Numbered from the stretch's first letter, positions 10,162 through 20,475 are shown. The stretch is DNA of 64,000 bases from Acidobacteriota bacterium (GCA_016211105.1 JACQSX010000010.1:212913-276912), one strand, 5' to 3'. A program made the numbers and translations. Notes: generated by a model not told the origin, from the sequence alone.

Positions 10162-11997
10162 TCATCGTTGTGCCTCGGCGCCCAGGCGGGATGGATTCCA
10201 GATTTGCTCCGCAAGTTGTCGGTACAATTCGTGCCTGGCGTCAAGATCAGTCTTCAAGAAATCCTTGTGGGGCTGAAAGGGCAATCCCGATGCCTTAGCG
10301 TACTTTGCAAAGCCCGGATTGTGCTTGTAGCAGTTTGGGTGAAGAGATTTAGCGAGAATGTTCTGTCCGAAGTAGTGCTCCAGTTTCTTCTCGTACGTGA
10401 GGTCGCCAAAGCTCGCGTTGAACGTTTTTGGCAGGAGCAGCAGGCCACCGAACCGGTTACGGTACTCGGCAAAGTCGGCAGGATGGTCGAATTCTGCCCT
10501 GTGTCGCGAGAACTTGTCCGCCCAGATATGCTCGACCTCGTATCCGTGTTTACCCTTGCCCGCAATGTAATCCATGAAATGGCTGTCTAGCCCACTCTCC
10601 CGCTCAACGTGATCAACCATGCGGGCGAGCAGTTGCTGGATCGTGTGCCGATTTTGTTGGTGAAGCGCGAACCGATCGTTCGATGCGAAAGTCTCGCCGT
10701 CACTTTCGAGTCGGTCCTTGAGGATCGTCACAAGTTCCCGCGGTGATTTGCCCCTGATGTCACGCATGACTAAGAACATGGAGTACTGAACAGTCGAGTA
10801 TGCGATGCTGCGGAAATTCCAGAGGCGGCGTGCCAGAAGAATATCGACGAAAGCCGCAACGATTCGGAGCTTCTTGTTGATCAGCTCATCGGAATCATCC
10901 GGCTTCAGCGGCGAGAGAAGGAGCGGGTACTGGAGCGTGAAATCGTGCCGTGCGTTATAGAAGATTGTTTCGAGTCCGGTTGTAAGCTGTTGAGACGCCT
11001 GGCGTAGGCGAAGATATTGTGTCGCGTAAAACGCAAAATCGCGGGCGATGAACGTGACGAATTCTGCGCTCTTTTTGAGCCCAAGGTCCTTTTGATGTTC
11101 CCTAACCCATCGATGGAATTCTGTACCGAGACGGTCGAAGTCTCCTGGAAGTGCGCCTTTCTTTCGTTCACGAATCGTCTGGGCGTACTGCGAACGAAGC
11201 CACGTCTTGACGGCGTCAGCATCTTCATCTTTGCCCAAATCGATCAGCGTACCGACCCGCTCCTTCCAGACGGCGTTGGCATCCAACCGCTTTTGCTCGT
11301 CGGTGATGTTCGCCAGAAGGAAGCCCTTGAGCATGTCAGTAGGACTCAAAGACAAGCCGCGGTCGTTCATAGTCTCGAAAATCGTGTAGGCGTCCTCGTC
11401 GGTGTATGCGGTAATCTCGACGAGATGAACATTTTCAATGAGCCAGTCCAGGAAGTACGGGAGAGCTTCACCGACGAGATCGTCGGGGAAATACTGCTGG
11501 ATGTCATGGTAGCGTGCCAGGATATTGCGGACGGATTCCGGCTGGTCCGTGTCGTCAAACGGGTGCCCGGCAAAGAGCGCCTCCATACAAGGGCGCCGTT
11601 CCTCCACGTCGAGGTTGAAGGATTTCTTTGCAAATTTCTCTGAAAAGATGAGTTCGTCGATTGGAACCTTGTCAGTGCGGGTTTTCTGAAGATTGTGCAG
11701 ATGAATCAGCATCAGCGTCAGAGTCGTGAGCCGTTGCTGCCCGTCGATAATGAAGCTGTGCCCGTTCTTGTGGCTGATAATGATCGAGCCCAAAAAGTAA
11801 TGACCGTAATCAGCAACTTCTGACCGCTCGTGACTCGGCCGAAAATCCTGGAGGAATTTACTGGCCAGGTCGTCTATCAGCTCGGTAACTTGTTTGGTTT
11901 GCCATTTGAATTCTCGCTGGTAGTAGTCGATAGCGTACTTTGCGCCCGCCAACAATTTGCGGACTGTTTTCGCTTCCCCGTCGATTTTCTTCATCAC
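10162..11997 (-). CDS. GmrSD-type (DUF262 + DUF1524/HNH) modification-dependent restriction endonuclease
   Basis: YQR, DGQQR, FETMNDRG motifs; C-terminal EHI...GGLLLL..N. Confidence 0.92.
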   Translation of the reverse strand: MMKKIDGEAKTVRKLLAGAKYAIDYYQREFKWQTKQVTELIDDLASKFLQDFRPSHERSEVADYGHYFLGSIIISHKNGHSFIIDGQQRLTTLTLMLIHLHNLQKTRTDKVPIDELIFSEKFAKKSFNLDVEERRPCMEALFAGHPFDDTDQPESVRNILARYHDIQQYFPDDLVGEALPYFLDWLIENVHLVEITAYTDEDAYTIFETMNDRGLSLSPTDMLKGFLLANITDEQKRLDANAVWKERVGTLIDLGKDEDADAVKTWLRSQYAQTIRERKKGALPGDFDRLGTEFHRWVREHQKDLGLKKSAEFVTFIARDFAFYATQYLRLRQASQQLTTGLETIFYNARHDFTLQYPLLLSPLKPDDSDELINKKLRIVAAFVDILLARRLWNFRSIAYSTVQYSMFLVMRDIRGKSPRELVTILKDRLESDGETFASNDRFALHQQNRHTIQQLLARMVDHVERESGLDSHFMDYIAGKGKHGYEVEHIWADKFSRHRAEFDHPADFAEYRNRFGGLLLLPKTFNASFGDLTYEKKLEHYFGQNILAKSLHPNCYKHNPGFAKYAKASGLPFQPHKDFLKTDLDARHELYRQLAEQIWNPSRLGAEAQR

Positions 11998-12302
11998 TCC
12001 ACCTCAGAAAGCAGGCAGTGTTCCACTTCATTGACGTCGGGCATTAGCTCCGGAATTGACATCGTTTCCATCCACGGCAGCGACTCTCTTGAGATTAATA
12101 AATCTTTCTTGTTCTTATGTTTACAGGCGATTTCCAAAAAGTAAACCTCGCTGCGCCAAGTATACTCCAACTGCTCGGACATGCTCCAGCCAACGCAGAT
12201 GCGCTCCACGACGGCGGAAAGAATTAAATAGAACGATTCCGACCCAGGCACTTCGGGCGTTAAAATGGCTTCTACCAGTGGCGCCGTCCCGCCAAAGACA
12301 AA

Positions 12303-14708
12303 ATGGTTAACAAACACACGCTTTCACCGGCTCAGTGGACAAGGTTTTGGAACCGCCTCGAAGTTTACGTGCGAAAGCGAGGCCGCATTCTGAAGCACTA
12401 CAATCCGAAGAAGGAGTATCCGGCGCTCAAACAAGTCGGAGTTGGTGTCGAGGAAATCGACCGTGTACGCAAAGCATTCGCGACTTACCATGACGAGCTT
12501 CTTTTCCGAAAGTTTTCCCTCTTCTTCCGCAGAGACCCGCCAACTATTCAGCGCTGGACCGGGGCCGCAGACCCGTCAGCCGCTTTCATCAGACTTTTTC
12601 ATATTTTTCAGCGCAATGAACTCCGCAGGCTCGAAAAGCGGTTTCAGGAGCTTTTTCTCCTCCACAAGCTCAATGAAAAAGGAGAGGGGCGAAAGTATGA
12701 GGCAGCTCACGGCCGCAGCGGTTCGGTTTTAAAGTTCGATCCTGTAAGATTTTCGCGACTTCTGAATAGGCGCGATGAACGGGCCAGCTTCACGGTTCTG
12801 CCCAGGATCCAGTTCGGCGAATGGACCATCCTGCCGCTCTTGAAGAAGGGTTCAGGCAGTCCCGTTTACAAATTCATCAAACTTGACAAGAAGGACCGTA
12901 AGCTCCTGGTTCGAATTTCAGCAGACTCTCCCAAGGAAATCGAACTGATCCGATCCGTGTTGAACAACGCCTTCAGGATCTACCTCGACACGCCCCAGGT
13001 GCATGCCACCTTCGACAGGCTGGCTCAATTTCTCAAAACCGGGGATGCAAGCCATTTCCTACTGACGGGCGGAACATACTTTCACGACGAGTATAGGATT
13101 TCGGTACTGCCGAAATATGGCAGGCCGCAGAACATCGCGAGCTGCAGCTCTTACAGCGGCCGGCTTGCGAACGTCTCAAAACCTGAAGCCGTTTTCACCC
13201 AGATGAGGCTCCTTCACAAGGAAATCCGCGCACGCAGTCAAGTATTCATCGATTTTCGGACTCCGCAGAGCAGCAGCATCATCGGAGCCGTTCTTCTCAA
13301 TCTGAACGATCGCCGCCTCAATTCTGAGGAGCGGGAACGCATCGCTCGGGATTTCCGAAGCGATTTTGAATTGCCGTTAAACGAGTTTATCGAGTACGAG
13401 GACGTGCCCGAGGAAGACGTCTACAAGAAGCTGCTACAGAACATTCCCAAGCAACCAACTGAATTCGAGCTGCGGTCAGAGCGCTCCCTGCGAATTTACC
13501 GAGAATTGGTCAGCGCCGGGCTGCTCCCGTGGAAGGTCCAAACCAACCAGGCGAGATTTTGTACAAAGCAGGATTGCCGGGCCGCCTACCAGACCAAATA
13601 CAACCAGAAGACCTGCCCTGTTTGCGGAGAGAACATGCTCGCGGGCAGAGCCACGGTCGTTGAGGACATTGACGAGAAGAGAGTTGCTGACTTCGCGGCC
13701 ACAATCTGCCAGCAACTCGGTTTTCAGACGACACAATTCAAGCGGCGCCTGCTGACTCGGGACATTTTGGTTGTGGAAATCAGGAATGGAGACGACTTCA
13801 TTGAGCTTGTACCCATCAGCAAAGCGTTAACGGATAATCAGACCGAGATTCTTCGCCTTCGGTACCCCAGCCTGGTACTGTTGACGTCGAGAGACGACGC
13901 TGCGGAGCTCAGGCAAAAGCATTTCGAGACCAGGGAGCTCTCCAATTTTGCGTACTCAGTCCGCAAACCCGGCGCTCAGGCGTACGTCAAGCGGTTGCTC
14001 GCTGACTCCAGAGGCGAAAGGCCCACCCACTTGACGAATCATGCAAGTGGCTGCCGTTTGCGGTTCGTAGATGACTCCGTGTACCTCGAAAAGAACAAGG
14101 CTTCCAAAAACTTTGGCGCAGAGTTGTTTGAGGCCGACTGCTCCGTTTTGCTCAGTTGCATTTTTGGCAATTCCATCTGGCTCGGCGCCCGAAAGAGGGG
14201 AAAGGCGCTGCCTGACGGAGTGACCGCTTTTCCAGTCACGGGAACAAGAAACGGATGTTTCGTGTGGGATGCAAAATTCAGTAGTACCGACAGGGTTGTC
14301 CTCGGGAGCCACGACAAGAATAGAAAATATATCAGCGAAGCGAGAGCCAATGAAACCGTCGCAGCAAATGGCGGCGTCAAAGGATTCCTCTTCGTCGGCA
14401 ACAAGCCGGCACCAAAAACATTTACGGGGCTGTCGCGACAGCTTGTTGGAAACAAAAGAATTAAACTATCCTATTGGGAAATGAAGCACTTGCGGACGCT
14501 GTTTGACCACTTCAGGGCGCACCAGACCGTCATCAACAGCAACAATGACGTCCGGGACGTGTTTGTTGATGCCGTCAAAGAGCTGCTTTTCAAGACGGCC
14601 GGCCGCAAGAGGGCATTCGCGATGACCGACGAGTTTCTCGACGGAGTCATGACGAGGAGCGCTGACGAGTATCAGAGGTTGGCCGGAGCGCGACAACTGC
14701 ACGCTTGA
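12303..14708 (+). CDS. large hypothetical protein with zinc ribbon and C-terminal PD-(D/E)XK-like nuclease
   Basis: 801 aa; CTKQDC...CPVC; FE...PDG...WDAK. Confidence 0.7.
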   Translation: MVNKHTLSPAQWTRFWNRLEVYVRKRGRILKHYNPKKEYPALKQVGVGVEEIDRVRKAFATYHDELLFRKFSLFFRRDPPTIQRWTGAADPSAAFIRLFHIFQRNELRRLEKRFQELFLLHKLNEKGEGRKYEAAHGRSGSVLKFDPVRFSRLLNRRDERASFTVLPRIQFGEWTILPLLKKGSGSPVYKFIKLDKKDRKLLVRISADSPKEIELIRSVLNNAFRIYLDTPQVHATFDRLAQFLKTGDASHFLLTGGTYFHDEYRISVLPKYGRPQNIASCSSYSGRLANVSKPEAVFTQMRLLHKEIRARSQVFIDFRTPQSSSIIGAVLLNLNDRRLNSEERERIARDFRSDFELPLNEFIEYEDVPEEDVYKKLLQNIPKQPTEFELRSERSLRIYRELVSAGLLPWKVQTNQARFCTKQDCRAAYQTKYNQKTCPVCGENMLAGRATVVEDIDEKRVADFAATICQQLGFQTTQFKRRLLTRDILVVEIRNGDDFIELVPISKALTDNQTEILRLRYPSLVLLTSRDDAAELRQKHFETRELSNFAYSVRKPGAQAYVKRLLADSRGERPTHLTNHASGCRLRFVDDSVYLEKNKASKNFGAELFEADCSVLLSCIFGNSIWLGARKRGKALPDGVTAFPVTGTRNGCFVWDAKFSSTDRVVLGSHDKNRKYISEARANETVAANGGVKGFLFVGNKPAPKTFTGLSRQLVGNKRIKLSYWEMKHLRTLFDHFRAHQTVINSNNDVRDVFVDAVKELLFKTAGRKRAFAMTDEFLDGVMTRSADEYQRLAGARQLHA

Positions 14709-14721
14709 AAATGGGGTTCAT

Positions 14722-14973
14722 TTGGCCGAGAAAGACAAGCCACAAATTCAGCAGGCGAGAATTCGCCTGGTACTGAAAGACTTGTACCCAGATTACACTA
14801 TCGAGTTCAAAAATGAATTGAGCAATTTCATCACCTTCAGAATTGATGATCCAAACGGTTACCGGCTTGGCACCTCTGGAGAGTACCACTCAAGGGTTAT
14901 CGCCGATTGGTCCGACGAAAAGCTGAACAACGTTATAGAGCAGGTAGTTCTGCAAGAACAACAAAAGGCATAA
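14722..14973 (+). CDS. small hypothetical protein
   Basis: 83-aa ORF directly after 12303-14708, TTG start. Confidence 0.5.
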   Translation: MAEKDKPQIQQARIRLVLKDLYPDYTIEFKNELSNFITFRIDDPNGYRLGTSGEYHSRVIADWSDEKLNNVIEQVVLQEQQKA

Positions 14974-14983
14974 ACACGCAGAC

Positions 14984-15030
14984 TGTCAATATGTGGTATA
15001 CTCTACACGCTGACCTACAAGATATGGCAC
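14984..15030 (+). promoter_or_regulatory. extended -10 promoter with two NrdR-box-like sites 31 bp apart
   Basis: CAATATGTGG (14987) and CAAGATATGG (15018); TGGTATACT at 14994-15002. Confidence 0.5.
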
Positions 15031-15062
15031 CTACCTTAGTCGGCGGAAGGAAGATTTAAGCA

Positions 15063-15296
15063 ATGGCAAAGAAACCGGTTCACATAGTTCCACGAGATAA
15101 CGGCTGGGCAGTTCGGCGGGAGGGCGCTCAGCGTGATTCTTCACATCACGATACCAAGGCTGATGCCGATAAGGTTGGCCGGCGGACCGCTCAGAGAGAC
15201 CACACCGAGTTGGTCACCCACGGCAAAGACGGGAAGATCCAGGATAAAGACAGCTTTGGGAACGATCCGTTTCCGCCACGGGACACCAAGCATTGA
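15063..15296 (+). CDS. DUF2188 domain protein
   Basis: HIVPRDNGWAVRREG...TK..A...GR...ELVTHGKDGKIQDKDSFGNDP. Confidence 0.9.
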   Translation: MAKKPVHIVPRDNGWAVRREGAQRDSSHHDTKADADKVGRRTAQRDHTELVTHGKDGKIQDKDSFGNDPFPPRDTKH

Positions 15297-15306
15297 CATC
15301 AACGCG

Positions 15307-16230
15307 ATGGAGACGTCCGAGAAAGCTGCAACATCTGACTGGTTTGACCTCGGGGCAAAAGCCCTCCGCCAAACTGTAAAAGATCTGCCAGAACTGTACG
15401 CGTGCCCGCTGTGTCTTCATGGATTCGAACGTGAACAGATCGGCTATTTGACCAGGGAGCATGTTCCCCCAGCCTGCTTTGGGGGAGAAAAACTGATCCT
15501 GACCTGCGGGGAGTGCAACACGAGGGCCCGACATTCAATCGATGCTGAACTCGGCAAATTCATCCATCTCAGGAAGTTTGTTCGCCGAGAAATGGATGAG
15601 ATGAGGCAGTACAAGGTGACGATGAACGGGACAACCGCGAATGTCCTCGTGCGGTTTGGCTCAGACAAATGTGAAGTCGTCGATTTCTCAAACAGAAACA
15701 GCCCAGTCGTGAGCGCCGACCTCAGAAACCACCTCGACATTGCCTCGGCCACGGCCAGCCTGGACTGGGGTTTTAAAATGAGCCCAGTGCAGGATAGATA
15801 TCGAATCGGTTGGCCTGAAGTCAGCCTGCTGCGCGCCGTGTATTTGGCTGCGTTTGCAAAGTTTGGTTACGCCTACATTATGCGACCGGCTCTTGACACG
15901 GTTCGGAAGCAGATCCGACAGCCCGAAAAGAGGCTCATCAAGTATTTCCTGACGCCAGTCGTGGACGCACCCGACGAGACACGAGTCATCGCTTACGTGC
16001 AAAAGCCCGAATGGATGCGCTGCCTCATGGCTCAGATCGGCCAATTTCGCATTTTCCTGCCGTTTTTTGACGAGGAAGCTTCCCTTTACAAGCGCCTGAG
16101 CGAGGCACACAATAACCGCGAGAAAACCAAAGTCAGCGCAACCCTGTTGCCGTGGCCTCGCACTCCCGAGTTTCTTCTCGACTTCCACAAGGCTGCTGTT
16201 GTGCGGCGGCTCCGGCCCAGCGACTCTTAA
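15307..16230 (+). CDS. HNH endonuclease domain protein
   Basis: CPLC...TREHVPP...CGECN; start taken at ATG 15307 after DUF2188. Confidence 0.75.
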   Translation: METSEKAATSDWFDLGAKALRQTVKDLPELYACPLCLHGFEREQIGYLTREHVPPACFGGEKLILTCGECNTRARHSIDAELGKFIHLRKFVRREMDEMRQYKVTMNGTTANVLVRFGSDKCEVVDFSNRNSPVVSADLRNHLDIASATASLDWGFKMSPVQDRYRIGWPEVSLLRAVYLAAFAKFGYAYIMRPALDTVRKQIRQPEKRLIKYFLTPVVDAPDETRVIAYVQKPEWMRCLMAQIGQFRIFLPFFDEEASLYKRLSEAHNNREKTKVSATLLPWPRTPEFLLDFHKAAVVRRLRPSDS

Positions 16231-16596
16231 GAAATATTACGACTTGGGCGAATTGAACAACGTCCGTCGCTTTCGGCATCACTAACGAGAGATCTGTTAG
16301 CGGGTTGTTTTGAACATTTCTGCTCGGTGGACAGCACCCCGAAATTCCGAAATTCAGCCCTGTCTGGTCTCTTTGGCACCGCAGCGACGAGTGTTGCGAA
16401 TGAGAAGTCGCCCGGGCGATTTGGCTTCTGCGTCCACACTGGGAATCGCCTTGCCACCCGTCAAAAGATCCGCTATCGTATTGGGCATCAATGGCGCATA
16501 AGTTAATGTAAAATAAGCAAAATAAGCAGATAAGTCGCATACTCCGATTGAGCAGCAGAAACTTTAAATAGTTGTTCTTCAATCAGAGCGCAGAGG

Positions 16597-17595
16597 ATGA
16601 CAACAGTCGACGCGGAGGTAGTGAGTGGGCTTGAGCGGGAAATCGAGGTCGAGACTCTGAGCATGCCATCTACGCACCCTCCGAGATCCTACGCGGCTCA
16701 CAAGACCGGTAGTGGAGTGACGTACTGCGGCTCTGCCGAGAGAGTACTAACGTCGTCAATCGGCAGAAAGCTTAAAGGTAAGGTACAGCTCATTTTTACG
16801 TCTCCGCCGTTCCCGCTGAATCGAAAAAAGAAGTACGGCAACCTGCAGGGGGAAGCCTACGTGAAATGGTTGTCCGCTTTTGCTCCACTTTTCAGGGATC
16901 TCCTGAAAGAGGATGGATCCATAGTAATGGAGCTTGGAAATGCATGGCAACCTGGCGAACCGGTAATGTCTACACTCGCGCTCAAAGCGTTGCTTGCATT
17001 CCTTGAAGAGGGGAAATTTCATCTCTGCCAACAATTCGTCTGTTACAATCCTGCTCGTCTCCCAAGCCCGGCTCAATGGGTAAATGTCGAGCGGATTCGC
17101 GTCAAGGATGCTTACACGCACGTATGGTGGATGGCACCTTCGGAGCGCCCCCAGGCTGACAACAGGCGTGTTCTGAAAGAGTACAGCCCTGCGATGCTGA
17201 AACTTTTATCTTCCAAAAAATACAACTCAGGAAGGCGGCCTTCGGAACACAAGATTGGTTCAAAATCATTTTTTCAGAACAACAACGGCGCGATTCCGTC
17301 CAACGTCCTCACGTTTGCAAACACGAACAGCAATGACCAGTACTCAAATTACTGTCGCCGAAACAATCTCAGACTTCACCCAGCGAGGATGGCAATCGGC
17401 TTGCCTGAGTTTTTCATAAGATTCCTGACCACGCCAAAGAACCTCGTCGTGGACCCATTTGCCGGGAGCAACACTACAGGGGCAGCTGCGGAAAGGCTAA
17501 AGCGCCGCTGGATCGCCATAGAGCCCAACAACGAGTACATTGCCGGCTCTGTGGGACGTTTTCCGGGACAGGAAGTGTATTCCAATGACACCTGA
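16597..17595 (+). CDS. beta-class amino-DNA methyltransferase (probably N4-cytosine)
   Basis: TSPPF catalytic motif, HPA, DPFAGSNTT. Confidence 0.92.
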   Translation: MTTVDAEVVSGLEREIEVETLSMPSTHPPRSYAAHKTGSGVTYCGSAERVLTSSIGRKLKGKVQLIFTSPPFPLNRKKKYGNLQGEAYVKWLSAFAPLFRDLLKEDGSIVMELGNAWQPGEPVMSTLALKALLAFLEEGKFHLCQQFVCYNPARLPSPAQWVNVERIRVKDAYTHVWWMAPSERPQADNRRVLKEYSPAMLKLLSSKKYNSGRRPSEHKIGSKSFFQNNNGAIPSNVLTFANTNSNDQYSNYCRRNNLRLHPARMAIGLPEFFIRFLTTPKNLVVDPFAGSNTTGAAAERLKRRWIAIEPNNEYIAGSVGRFPGQEVYSNDT

Positions 17596-19873
17596 AGAAC
17601 TCTTCGCCCAGCTTGAAGCAGCAACCCAAGTGTCCGAAGTCGAGGCAGCACTCGACACTTTCCTTGGAGTCCACGCAGACAATGTTCGCTGGGTTCCTGT
17701 TGGCCGAGAAAATAATCGCGGAACCATTGAAGCTTCAGCTGACCCCGGGCGGTCCCTTGTAGAGCGGCTCACCAATGGCATTGATGCCGTCCTAGAGGAT
17801 GAACACAAGCTCCACAGTGGCCGACCACTTTGCCGCAGTCCAAAGGAAGCAGCAACCACATGGCTGAATGTCCCAACAGGTGGTCTTAGCGAAATGTCTC
17901 CAACGCAGCGGCGTGCGCTTGCCCAGCGCGTCACAATCAAGTTACTGCCGGGGGATGGCCGAGCTGGCCGCTGCCTTGAAGTCCGCGATTTCGGTATCGG
18001 AATCAAACCAGCAGATATGTCATCCACGATTCTCAGCCTTAATGAGGGCAATAAGCTGCAAAAGCACTATCTGGCAGGAACTTATGGGCAGGGTGGCTCA
18101 AGTACGTTCGCGGTCAGTAAATATACCCTTGTCGCCACAAGGCACGGAGACCATCCCAGCGTTGGATTTACGCTCGTCAAATTCCTTGATCTTCCAGCCG
18201 AAGAGTACAAGACAGGCCACTACGTTTATCTCACCTTTCGAGGCGGGCCTCTTGAGGTCGACCGATCTACGGATGAGTTCCCCGTCGGGACTTCGGTGAA
18301 GCACTTTGGCTACGATCTAAGCTCGTATCCGTCCCCACTGGGACCCAACAGCGTCTACGGCTTGCTCAACCAGGTTCTTTTTGATCCTGTGATGCCCGTG
18401 TGGCTCGATAATCCGGTCAATACCCAGCGTCGCGTCATCAAAGGCTCGCGCAATGCGTTGAACGGCGCCACCGACGAAGGCGACGATAGGCGAGGACCTA
18501 ATCTCTCCCATTCCATGAGGCTGTTCTATGTTTCTCTTGGGGAATTCGGCCGAATCGGAATTGAGTATTGGGTCCTGGAGCAACCGAGTCAGGAAAATAA
18601 GAAACCTGTTGCGGCGTTTGTCAATCCCAACAAGACAACGATTTTCACTCTGAATGGTCAAAATCACGCGGAACTGTCACACACCCTGGTGAAGAAAGAT
18701 GCGGAGTTGCCGTTCCTGACTCAACGCCTCATCTGTCATGTCGATTGTAACTCACTGACGCCCACAGCTAAGAGGGCGCTGTTCGTTTCCAATCGTGAAG
18801 ATGCACGCCGCGGCGTGGTATATGACCTCATCGAGGAGGAACTGATTCGTGTTCTGAAGTCGGATGATGATCTGGCTCGACTAAACAATGAGGCTCGTGA
18901 GCAGAGCATGCGCTCCAGGGACGAGTCTGCTGTACAGCAGATGCGCACAGAAGTGGCACGACTCCTGCGGCTTCAGGGGCTCAATATCAGCGAAGGGATG
19001 GGTTCAGAAGTCGCTCCGCAAGGTCGGGAACCGCATACTCCTACGCATCCTCCACGACCACGTCCAACACCAAGACCTATCGACCTGCACGAGCCCCCGA
19101 CGTACATCCGCCTGGTCTGGAACGAGGACGAGCCTATTACCTTTTATCCAGAGCAAAGACGATATCTCCGAGTCGAAACCGACGCCCACAGCCGTTATCA
19201 CAATCCTGACGATCCAGCCAGATCCGCAATTAACCTCATTGTTACCGGAAATGGCGTGGCAACTCGGGGTTCAACCCCCTTACAAGGCGGGCGACTGAGG
19301 GTAATTTTTGATGCCCTTCAAAATGCCAGCCCCGGCGCCACGGGCATGATTCGAGTTGAACTGACGCGTCAAGGCCTTCCGGCTTTGTCCGACGAAAGAC
19401 CGTTTGACATCCGTGAGCGGCCGCCTGCGCGTCCCGAGGCGAGGCGAATCTCACTGCCACCATTTGAAGTGAGGTCGGTTACCGGCCCCGAGGATGTCCT
19501 ATGGAATACACTTGGCTGGCCGGAGGATACGAACACAGTTGCATCGTCGGCAGTAATGGAGCAGGGCCTGCTAGTCATCTATTTCTCAATGGTCTTTCCA
19601 AAATACGCGGCTCAAAGGGCCAATTTTGAGACACGCGATCCAGCACTTGCGGCCTCATTTGCTGAGCGATACAAGATCTGGCTTGCTGTTCATTCCCTCT
19701 TGCTTTACAGAGACCAGCAGGTTTCAGAACAAACCGAGCAGAGACAGCGCGAGGAAGATCCTGAATTTGAAGAGGCAATTGAGCGTCAGGAAAGATGTCG
19801 GATTGCAACGCTCTCAGCGATGTTCGCCGCCAGGGAGGTTCAGGCACAGTCCACGATGCTCGAATCGGATTAA
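17585..19873 (+). CDS. GHKL (MORC/TopoVI-B-like) ATPase with long unknown C-terminal region
   Basis: ERLTNGIDA (N box), DFGIG (G1), GTYGQGG (G2), GT (G3); 11-nt overlap with MTase. Confidence 0.8.
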   Translation: MTPEELFAQLEAATQVSEVEAALDTFLGVHADNVRWVPVGRENNRGTIEASADPGRSLVERLTNGIDAVLEDEHKLHSGRPLCRSPKEAATTWLNVPTGGLSEMSPTQRRALAQRVTIKLLPGDGRAGRCLEVRDFGIGIKPADMSSTILSLNEGNKLQKHYLAGTYGQGGSSTFAVSKYTLVATRHGDHPSVGFTLVKFLDLPAEEYKTGHYVYLTFRGGPLEVDRSTDEFPVGTSVKHFGYDLSSYPSPLGPNSVYGLLNQVLFDPVMPVWLDNPVNTQRRVIKGSRNALNGATDEGDDRRGPNLSHSMRLFYVSLGEFGRIGIEYWVLEQPSQENKKPVAAFVNPNKTTIFTLNGQNHAELSHTLVKKDAELPFLTQRLICHVDCNSLTPTAKRALFVSNREDARRGVVYDLIEEELIRVLKSDDDLARLNNEAREQSMRSRDESAVQQMRTEVARLLRLQGLNISEGMGSEVAPQGREPHTPTHPPRPRPTPRPIDLHEPPTYIRLVWNEDEPITFYPEQRRYLRVETDAHSRYHNPDDPARSAINLIVTGNGVATRGSTPLQGGRLRVIFDALQNASPGATGMIRVELTRQGLPALSDERPFDIRERPPARPEARRISLPPFEVRSVTGPEDVLWNTLGWPEDTNTVASSAVMEQGLLVIYFSMVFPKYAAQRANFETRDPALAASFAERYKIWLAVHSLLLYRDQQVSEQTEQRQREEDPEFEEAIERQERCRIATLSAMFAAREVQAQSTMLESD

Positions 19874-20382
19874 TAACGTTCGGCTTTTTCAGAAGAGAAT
19901 TCTTTCGAAGATCTTCCCGATGCGTGGTTATGTGTTTTGGAGCCGGGAGAATTTTTCCTTCACTGCCCGGAGGGTGAACGGCATAATCCTCTTATGACTC
20001 AACGGGACAAGCGAATTTCTGATCAACTGGTCAGACTCGTCCAGATTGTCTTCGCATTCGTGCTCGCTCATCTTCTGGGAAAAAGGGCACGTACAGATGC
20101 CTCAATCTGCGCAGCAGTAGGTCGCGCTCCTGGCAAATCGGCAAAGACGTCGCAAAACGGTCGGTCAGCAGGAGTTCTCAGCGGGACTGTCGTGATTCCT
20201 GAAAGCAACCACTCGACAAGACTCAACGCCCACATGGGATAAAAATTTTATCATGGTTCAACATGCTTGCATCCAATTCGCAGACGGTGAAATCATAGTC
20301 GGGTTATCGAATTTTCACAGAGGCACAGAGGGCAGGGCAGTTCTATACGCCTCCCCTTTTCCTCCCATTTCCGTTGTCAAAG

Positions 20383-20463
20383 CTTGGTAAATCTTGGTAA
20401 GATGCCGATCTGCCAAAACCGGACTAAAAGCCGTTTTTGTTAAGACTTACGAACAATTGGTAA
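20383..20463 (+). repeat. three TTGGTAA direct repeats beside the tRNA fragment (candidate integrase arm sites)
   Basis: TTGGTAA at 20384, 20394 and 20457. Confidence 0.4.
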
Positions 20464-20475
20464 CCATTGCGCTTG

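Noticed and set aside
10378..10400. 13/15 match between the sequence after repeat B and the gmrSD coding strand, next to TCA
   Set aside because: Too short for a 64-kb search space and lies deep in a CDS, not a promoter
11994..12317. Minus-strand ORF overlapping the gmrSD start
   Set aside because: No motif, and it occupies the likely divergent promoter region; a shorter real peptide cannot be excluded
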